From: a virus
Taxonomy: Duplodnaviria > Heunggongvirae > Uroviricota > Caudoviricetes
IMG/VR virus record: IMGVR_UViG_2778261300_000004
Location: 1-21,891 of that record
DNA: 21,891 nt
Strand: one strand, 5' to 3'
Shown here: piece by piece, positions 16,478-21,891 of the stretch
How positions within the stretch are numbered: the first letter of the stretch is position 1
Layout of the letters: each line of letters opens with the position of its first letter
Notes under the pieces: model-generated
The model's input: only the letters and a program-made list of their open reading frames with translations
Databases searched by the model: none
What the model was told of the DNA's origin: nothing
Position numbers and translations under genes: made by a program

Positions 16478-16596
16478 TCAACACAGTGTCCGTTGTAAAC
16501 CCAGCGTTCACTGTCATGTCCGTGCTTACATGGTTTTCCGGTGTAGTAGCGTTTAAGTCCGCGCTTTGCGGCATCAATACGTGTAATGATTTCCAT
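16471..16596 (-). CDS. Small zinc-ribbon-like ORF; 3' end unresolved
   Basis: ATG 16596 (MEIITRIDAAKRGLKRYYTGKPCKHGHDSERWVYNGHCVEC); its frame has no stop until 16306 and becomes Arg/Trp-rich where it overlaps the coiled-coil frame. Confidence 0.25.
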
Positions 16597-16705
16597 GGTA
16601 AGTACTGTTATTAGTATTGGGATTACGGTTATTTTGTGCTGACACAAAAAAAAGATCAACCAGATTTGGTTTTTTATTACCTTTGAGGTGCGAATAGATA
16701 TGAAA

Positions 16706-16725
16706 AGACCGCCGGATGGCGGTCT
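16706..16725 (-). terminator. Hairpin terminator about 20 nt after the Cro-like gene
   Basis: agaccgcc / ggat / ggcggtct followed on the minus strand by TTTTCATATCT. Confidence 0.4.
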
Positions 16726-16746
16726 ACAGAGGGTTGTGGCTGGATA

Positions 16747-16977
16747 TCATGAGTAGAAGAAGTATGCCAGTTCTGCTTTTGAGCGCAGCCATTGTCTTGT
16801 TTTACAGGCTTTAAAAAGCCCATTCATCAATACCTTACCTGGCATTTTGCGCTTACCTGTTAAGTGAGTCTGGATATAGTGACTCGTCGTTCCGGCTTCC
16901 TGTGCGAAGGCTTCACGCTCATCCGGAGTAAGTGCAAGCCAGTGCTTTTTGAAATCGAAATGTCCGTTATCGCTCAT
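16747..16977 (-). CDS. Cro-like small HTH regulator (YdaS/Cro-type)
   Basis: 76 aa, ATG 16977; HTH-like segment TTSHYIQTHLTGKRKMP; divergent from the repressor gene across an operator-bearing intergenic region. Confidence 0.5.
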   Translation of the reverse strand: MSDNGHFDFKKHWLALTPDEREAFAQEAGTTSHYIQTHLTGKRKMPGKVLMNGLFKACKTRQWLRSKAELAYFFYS

Positions 16978-17012
16978 AGCTATTGCCTGATATTTATTTC
17001 AGATAATAAATA

Positions 17013-17077
17013 TTCACCCATAAGGTAACAAAAATCAAGGATAGTTACCCATGGGGTGCATTTACCTGTTGGGTAAT
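17013..17077. promoter_or_regulatory. Immunity-region operator cluster: three 17-bp sites of the form (A/T)-T(T/C)ACC-N5-GGTAA-(T/C)
   Basis: 17013-17029 ttcacccataaggtaac; 17044-17060 gttacccatggggtgca (weaker right arm); 17061-17077 tttacctgttgggtaat; all between the Cro-like and repressor starts. Confidence 0.5.
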
Positions 17078-17131
17078 ATTGCTTTAAATTGAATCATCTA
17101 CTGATTCATATATGAGGCGATTTTCCAGAAA

Positions 17132-17716
17132 ATGAAAAGTATCCAGGACGTCCGCAGGCAAAATCTCAACGACTTGATCGACCGTGAATTCAATGGTGTT
17201 CAGACGCGGATGGCAGAAAAACTTGGAACTCAGGCAAATCTGGTAAACCGCTGGGCTCTTGGCAAGAAGGTTATCGGCGATCAGGTTGCGCGAAAAATTG
17301 AAGCTGCCGCCAATAAACCCCGTAACTGGCTTGATATCGATCGCTCTCTTTCTCAGGAAGGTTTTCAGCCTGTCGGCCCAAGCGACATTGGTCAGCTGGC
17401 GGCTCACAACCTGGAGCGCTGGATGAGCGAAAGCCGCGACCTTTCAACACAGGGAAAACTTCACCGCGCATCCGGCGTAGCCCAGGTGACAATCAGCCGC
17501 CTGTTAAACAATGAGGTCAGCGTTTCCATTTCCACCCTGGAGAATGTTGCATCCGCATTCGGGCGTCATGGCTATGAATTACTGATTCACCCGCACGACC
17601 CTGCGACCATCAACTATGACCGCTCGCGCTACGCATTGTTACCCGAAACCGAGAAAGCAAAGATCGAAAGTTACATTGAATTTGTCATCAACCAGAACGA
17701 AAAAAACAAACAATAA
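17132..17716 (+). CDS. Prophage repressor candidate with two HTH (XRE-type) domains and no recognisable peptidase/autocleavage domain
   Basis: 194 aa; HTH-like segments around residues 25-45 and 110-130; no S24-like Ser/Lys motif region seen by eye; followed by a strong terminator. Confidence 0.55.
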   Translation: MKSIQDVRRQNLNDLIDREFNGVQTRMAEKLGTQANLVNRWALGKKVIGDQVARKIEAAANKPRNWLDIDRSLSQEGFQPVGPSDIGQLAAHNLERWMSESRDLSTQGKLHRASGVAQVTISRLLNNEVSVSISTLENVASAFGRHGYELLIHPHDPATINYDRSRYALLPETEKAKIESYIEFVINQNEKNKQ

Positions 17717-17736
17717 AATCATATTTTTCAGTAAGT

Positions 17737-17762
17737 AAGCCGCCTTCTGGCGGCTTTTTTTA
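17737..17762 (+). terminator. Rho-independent terminator after the repressor gene
   Basis: aagccgcc / ttct / ggcggctt followed by T7. Confidence 0.7.
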
Positions 17763-17773
17763 TTGTCTATACG

Positions 17774-17790
17774 ATTACCTGACGGGTAAT
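17774..17790. promoter_or_regulatory. Operator site (perfect arms) upstream of the early-operon promoter
   Basis: attacctgacgggtaat. Confidence 0.5.
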
Positions 17791-17808
17791 TTTTTTAACT
17801 CATATCTA

Positions 17809-17836
17809 TTGACATCAAACCAAATACGCATAATCA
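17809..17836 (+). promoter_or_regulatory. Candidate sigma70 promoter of the + strand early operon
   Basis: Perfect -35 TTGACA (17809-17814); -10 candidate TAATCA 16 bp downstream; bracketed by two operator sites. Confidence 0.4.
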
Positions 17837-17852
17837 TTACCTCAACGGTAAC
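17836..17852. promoter_or_regulatory. Operator site overlapping the -10 / start region
   Basis: attacctcaacggtaac. Confidence 0.5.
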
Positions 17853-17870
17853 AGACCGAGGTAACAAATT

Positions 17871-18022
17871 ATGCAGTGGAAAATCATCAACGGTTGGTAC
17901 TGCGTTACTGCATGCGGATTCATGAGCTGGAAGTTCCGCACCTTACAGGAAGGCATTAAGTGGGCTTTCGTCAGCAAAGAAGCTCGCGATGTGGCCAACG
18001 ATAACGAGATATGGGAGGGCTG
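17871..18022 (+). CDS. 49-aa Trp/Cys-containing small protein, first gene of the operator-controlled operon (below the ORF-track cutoff)
   Basis: ATG 17871 with GAGG 8 nt upstream; MQWKIINGWYCVTACGFMSWKFRTLQEGIKWAFVSKEARDVANDNEIWEG. Confidence 0.35.
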
Positions 18023-18025
18023 ATA

Positions 18026-18325
18026 ATGAACGTTAATCAGCAGAAAAATCTTCAAAAAATCATGCTGGCATTCGACAAGGACTACCGCCTGTCAGAACAG
18101 CTATATGACCGACAAGTTGAACTGATTGAGAGTATCCGGCTTCATCAACTGGCCTCAACTTTCGACGTTGTAACAGGCAAAGGTGTTCGCCAGGAAGTGC
18201 TGGAAGCAGCTAAAGACAGCCCTGAGTTCGAAGAACTGATGGATTCCTACCGGCGCGAGGCAATGGCAATTATCGCCCGCTGGGATCTGGCTGATCAGAT
18301 TGATGGGCAGAGGGACGCGGCATGA
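18026..18325 (+). CDS. Hypothetical early protein
   Basis: ATG 18026 with GGAGGG RBS (track start 18011 is in-frame upstream); stop overlaps the next start (ATGA). Confidence 0.45.
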   Translation: MNVNQQKNLQKIMLAFDKDYRLSEQLYDRQVELIESIRLHQLASTFDVVTGKGVRQEVLEAAKDSPEFEELMDSYRREAMAIIARWDLADQIDGQRDAA

Positions 18326-18528
18326 AACCAACGCTCCTCTCATTGCTGCGAGGTGGAAAACACAGCATCCGAGATATGGCAAAGATTCTTGGTATCTCAA
18401 AATCGAAGGTTTCTTGGTTCATCGCTGAGCTTGAACGTCGCAAATGGGTAAAGGTGACCAGGTGCGCAATATATTTCCACGATGGAACCCGTTCCAACAA
18501 GCAGAACGAATACAAGGTTAAGTTATGA
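18322..18528 (+). CDS. Small basic HTH-like protein
   Basis: 68 aa; segment IRDMAKILGISKSKVSWFIAELERRKW resembles a winged-helix/HTH; coupled to both neighbours. Confidence 0.45.
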   Translation: MKPTLLSLLRGGKHSIRDMAKILGISKSKVSWFIAELERRKWVKVTRCAIYFHDGTRSNKQNEYKVKL

Positions 18529-19346
18529 ATACTGGCATCTATTTCGATATCAGCAACGAGGATTACCACGCCGGTGACGGCGTGAGCAAGTCGCAGCTAG
18601 ATATGGTGGCTAAGAACCCTGCCCTCCTGAAATGGGTTCAGGCAGCACCAGAAGACGAAGAGAAAAAGTCTGCACTGGATATGGGAACCGCATTGCACTG
18701 TCTGCTTCTGGAGCCTAGAGAGTTCGACAAACGCTTCATTGTTTCACCGAAATTCGATCGTCGGACGAAACAAGGTAAAGCTGACGAAGAGGCATTTCTT
18801 CGTGATGTGGCGGATATGGGGATTTCGGTACTTGATGCAGAGCAGTGGCGGAAACTGGAGCTGATGCGTGATAGCGCAATGGCTCACCCGGCGGCACGCT
18901 GGATGTTGGAAGCACCTGGTTACTGCGAAGCATCAATGTACTGGAACGATGAAGAGACTGGTGAGTTGTGCCGCATTCGTCCAGACAAATGGCTGAACGA
19001 GCACAACGTGATCGTCGACGTGAAAAAGGTTGCAGATATGGACCGTTTTGCACGCCACATCGAGGAATTCCGCTACCACGTGCAGGACGCAATGTACCGC
19101 GAAGGCGCAATGAGGGTTACTGGTCAGCCGCATGGTTTTTTCTTTCTTGCCGTGAGCGAAAGCATTGATTGTGGTCGGTATCCGGTACGCGTGTTCGAGC
19201 TGGATGCGCCGGATGTCGATGCCGGGCACGCTCTGTTCCGCCGGGATCTGAATACCTATCACGAATGCCGCATCAACGATGAATGGGGCGGAGTGGAAAT
19301 TATTAAACGCCCTGACTGGGCACGTAAACAGGATATGTATGTATGA
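18525..19346 (+). CDS. PD-(D/E)XK exonuclease of the phage recombination module (RecE-C-terminal-like)
   Basis: Motifs consistent with the PD-(D/E)XK fold: IRPD, IVDVKK (D-x-K), QDAMY; stop overlaps the recombinase start. Confidence 0.6.
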   Translation: MNTGIYFDISNEDYHAGDGVSKSQLDMVAKNPALLKWVQAAPEDEEKKSALDMGTALHCLLLEPREFDKRFIVSPKFDRRTKQGKADEEAFLRDVADMGISVLDAEQWRKLELMRDSAMAHPAARWMLEAPGYCEASMYWNDEETGELCRIRPDKWLNEHNVIVDVKKVADMDRFARHIEEFRYHVQDAMYREGAMRVTGQPHGFFFLAVSESIDCGRYPVRVFELDAPDVDAGHALFRRDLNTYHECRINDEWGGVEIIKRPDWARKQDMYV

Positions 19347-20224
19347 GCAATGATATCGCAATCACATCACAACCAGGCGCAACTGTAGGCACTGCTGCGG
19401 CAATCTTCAGCCCCGAGGGCATGAATCAACTGGTGCGTTTCGCGGAGTTGATGTCACAAAGCAAAGCGACTGTACCGAAACATCTTGAAGGCAAACCTGC
19501 CGATTGCCTGGCGGTGACCATGCAGGCGACACAGTGGGGAATGAACCCGTTCGCCGTGGCGCAGAAAACGCATGTGGTAAACGGAACGTTAGGCTACGAA
19601 GCACAGTTGGTAAACGCGGTCGTATCCTCTTCCAGCCTGCTGGCGACACGCCTGAATTATCGCTGGAGCGGTGACTGGTCGAATGTTAACGGCAAAACAG
19701 ATAAATCACCGAATCTGACGGTAACTGTGTCAGCAGTTCTTAAAGGAGAAGCAGAACCACGTGAGCTTACCATCAGTATGGCGCAAGCCGGAGTGCGTAA
19801 CTCTCCATTGTGGGAACAGGATCCGCGCCAGCAGCTTGCCTATCTTTGCACGAAACGATGGGCTCGCCTGCACGCTCCTGATGTACTTCTCGGTGTTTAC
19901 ACCCCTGACGAATTACAGGAAACGGCACCGCGCGTTGAACGAGACATTACTCCGCAAACAACTACGGCTGCGGGAATGAATAGTCTGATCAACGCTAAAA
20001 CAGTGAAAAAGCCTGATGAGCAAACGCGTAAAGCGGATAGCCGTGATCCAGAAGAAATGCTGATGGCCTTTACCAGCGCAGCGATGAATTACAGCACTGT
20101 CTCCGAACTGGATAAGGCTTACAAATACATTGCACAAAAACTTTCAGATGATGACGAACTGCTGGCAAAAGCCACCGACGTTTACAGCGTTCGTCGGGAA
20201 GAATTAAACGAAACATCTATGTAA
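19343..20224 (+). CDS. Single-strand annealing recombinase, Red-beta/RecT superfamily (Bet-like)
   Basis: Segments resembling lambda Bet as recalled (QWGMNPF..., ERDITPQ); paired with the exonuclease. Confidence 0.65.
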   Translation: MSNDIAITSQPGATVGTAAAIFSPEGMNQLVRFAELMSQSKATVPKHLEGKPADCLAVTMQATQWGMNPFAVAQKTHVVNGTLGYEAQLVNAVVSSSSLLATRLNYRWSGDWSNVNGKTDKSPNLTVTVSAVLKGEAEPRELTISMAQAGVRNSPLWEQDPRQQLAYLCTKRWARLHAPDVLLGVYTPDELQETAPRVERDITPQTTTAAGMNSLINAKTVKKPDEQTRKADSRDPEEMLMAFTSAAMNYSTVSELDKAYKYIAQKLSDDDELLAKATDVYSVRREELNETSM

Positions 20225-20273
20225 CCACCACCGCGGCGCCACGCGCGCCGCACTGCAACCAAGAGAGGTATTT

Positions 20274-20522
20274 ATGAAAGGTGCATTAGGTAAGAAGGAA
20301 CTCCTGGCGGTGGTGCCACTGTCATGGAGCACTATCGACCGTATGGAGCGCGCAGGGGAATTTCCTAAACGCTGGTACATCACCGATAAACGCTGCGCAT
20401 GGAACCGTGATGAAGTTGAGCGTTGGCTTGATGAACGTCAGGCAGCAAGCCCGGCAGAGTTCCAGGGTAAAAAGCCTCCTGTTCAGCGACGTGTATATCG
20501 TCCTGTGAGCAACGCTGCATGA
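20274..20522 (+). CDS. alpA: AlpA-family regulator / excisionase-like protein
   Basis: AGAGAGG RBS; ...STIDRMERAGEFPKRWYI... matches the AlpA signature (AGEFPK) as recalled; lies next to the integrase. Confidence 0.65.
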   Translation: MKGALGKKELLAVVPLSWSTIDRMERAGEFPKRWYITDKRCAWNRDEVERWLDERQAASPAEFQGKKPPVQRRVYRPVSNAA

Positions 20523-20631
20523 GTGTGCTGCTAAGACACTGGAGCAAATGGTCAGGATGGTACTTATTCCTGGCCTCTGTTTCAGCATGGCTTTATCTGC
20601 TGGCATTAATTTTCAGAGAGGGTTGGATTAA

Positions 20632-20931
20632 GTGAGAAAGTTAAGCCGACTTGAAAAATATCACATGAACAAGGTTTCAATGCGCAGCCCTTCAAAGGTT
20701 GTTTCCGTTACTCCTGCGGCGATAGAGATCGAAAAACGCGCGATTGAAAGAGAGAAAAAAGGGCAGTTCCGCATTGCCGCTCACCTTTGGCTTCAGTGTA
20801 TGGATGTTGCTTCTGGTGATGTTGAGCGTGCAAGGATCGCGGTTCGCAGGGACCAATGTATCACAAAAGGTAACGGCCTTCGCCGTGGCGACTATAGCGG
20901 AATAGGATGTTGTGGGGTGGTTTATGACTAA
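20632..20931 (+). CDS. PerC-like transcriptional activator (start uncertain; ATG 20665 is more likely than GTG 20632)
   Basis: ...AAHLWLQCMDVASGDVERARIAVRRDQC... resembles the PerC family pattern as recalled. Confidence 0.45.
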   Translation: MRKLSRLEKYHMNKVSMRSPSKVVSVTPAAIEIEKRAIEREKKGQFRIAAHLWLQCMDVASGDVERARIAVRRDQCITKGNGLRRGDYSGIGCCGVVYD

Positions 20932-20946
20932 GAAATACACACTAAT

Positions 20947-21891
20947 CTATGCAGATCCACCCTGGGTATTAGATAATGGCTTCCGGAAGTTGTAACGACC
21001 AGGAACCAGATATTCACTTCCACCAGCGCACATCTGCAACCCGACCAATATATCCTGTGCCTGTTTAGGCAGGTAAATAACGTGCGCCCGGCTTCCCTTC
21101 ATGCGGTCTGAAGGAATTGTCCATGTCCATTTTTTAAAATCTATTTCGTCCCACGTTGCATTGGTGAATTCGCCTTTACGAACCATAGTGATAAGCACCA
21201 GCTTTAAAGCCATTTTCATAGTGCCCATAGCACCAATGGCATCCAGCGTACGGAAGAACAGGCCAATTTCTTCTGGTGTCAGTGTTCGCTCTCGTGGTTT
21301 AAATATGGCGATAGACGAAGGTTTAATGTCAGCTGCAGGATTAAACAAACCATGACCACGGTCATTGGCGTGACGGTATACGCTGCTGATGATCTCCCTG
21401 GCCTGCACTGCTGTTGCCCGGCCACCGCGTTCGACAATCCGGTCACACAAATCACGAACCATCGATGTGGTAATTTCAACCATCATTTTGTTGCCAAGAA
21501 CCGGAAGTATGTCACGGTCGATCACCGCCTGCTTCATTGCGCGGGTACTTTCAGCCAGGATGACGTGTTTCATATAACTGTCGGTATGTACCGCAAACGT
21601 CTCGGCACCACGAATCTTTTTGATACCGTCACGTTTAGCCACAGCCGGCGACTGGCCTGCTTTAAGCAGCTTCTTTGCAGCAATCAGTTCTTCCCGCGCT
21701 TCTGCCAGGCTGATACCGTCACGCCCATACTGCCCGATTACCAGTGTTTCGCGGCGACCGTTGATACGGTAGTCATAGCGAAACGAGACCGTGCCTGACG
21801 TAAGCACAGCTACATACAGCCCGTCACGATCGGAGACCTTGTACAGTTTGTCCTGCGGCTTGAGGTTTTTTAATTTTGTATCGGTAAGCAC
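20947..21891 (-). CDS. int: Tyrosine integrase, P4-type; N-terminus runs off the window and the ORF ends before the catalytic C-terminal segment
   Basis: Arm-binding-like N-terminal region (LTDTKLKNLKPQDKLYKVSDRDGLY...) and core segment (LVLITMVRKGEF...HVIYLPKQAQDIL...SEYLVPGRY) present; ORF stops after ...FRKPLSNTQGGSA with no H-x-x-R / catalytic-Tyr region in any frame downstream. Confidence 0.7.
   Translation of the reverse strand: MLTDTKLKNLKPQDKLYKVSDRDGLYVAVLTSGTVSFRYDYRINGRRETLVIGQYGRDGISLAEAREELIAAKKLLKAGQSPAVAKRDGIKKIRGAETFAVHTDSYMKHVILAESTRAMKQAVIDRDILPVLGNKMMVEITTSMVRDLCDRIVERGGRATAVQAREIISSVYRHANDRGHGLFNPAADIKPSSIAIFKPRERTLTPEEIGLFFRTLDAIGAMGTMKMALKLVLITMVRKGEFTNATWDEIDFKKWTWTIPSDRMKGSRAHVIYLPKQAQDILVGLQMCAGGSEYLVPGRYNFRKPLSNTQGGSA

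Noticed and set aside
17084-17407. 107-aa minus-strand ORF overlapping the repressor gene
   Set aside because: Antisense to the repressor coding region and would begin inside it; the divergent Cro-like gene at 16747-16977 already accounts for the leftward transcript.
1-21891. CRISPR array, IS element or transposase
   Set aside because: No spaced direct-repeat array and no transposase-like ORF or terminal inverted repeats were seen on either strand.

Overview
This window reads as one end of a degraded, mosaic temperate prophage of an enterobacterial host (E. coli/Salmonella-like), about 20.6 kb of it, plus about 1.1 kb of flanking sequence. All calls are made by eye from the sequence and the ORF track; no database search was run. 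Layout along the window: two + strand secreted/lipoprotein genes (1-1071) ending in a bidirectional terminator, then a minus-strand late block: lysis cassette (holin-like membrane genes, GH19-type endolysin, Rz with embedded Rz1), an AT-rich acyltransferase-3 gene, an 823-aa tailspike, a DNA-ejection-like protein and a remnant of the gene before it. Next comes a + strand island (tRNA-Arg UCU, terminators, an AT-rich 2TM/coiled-coil gene), then terL/terS and a string of small accessory genes, a Cro-like gene divergent from a tandem-HTH repressor, and a + strand early operon (exonuclease, Bet/RecT-like recombinase, AlpA-like, PerC-like) running into a minus-strand P4-type integrase that leaves the window. 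No portal, scaffold, coat or head-completion genes are present, the integrase ORF stops before its catalytic segment, and the best holin candidate is split at a G9 tract, so the element looks defective. The most interesting signals are a strong LexA box in front of a small gene between the ejection and tailspike genes, a recurring inverted-repeat operator motif that also sits in front of the AT-rich 2TM gene, the G9 frameshift in the lysis cassette, and a 12-bp perfect palindrome present twice.
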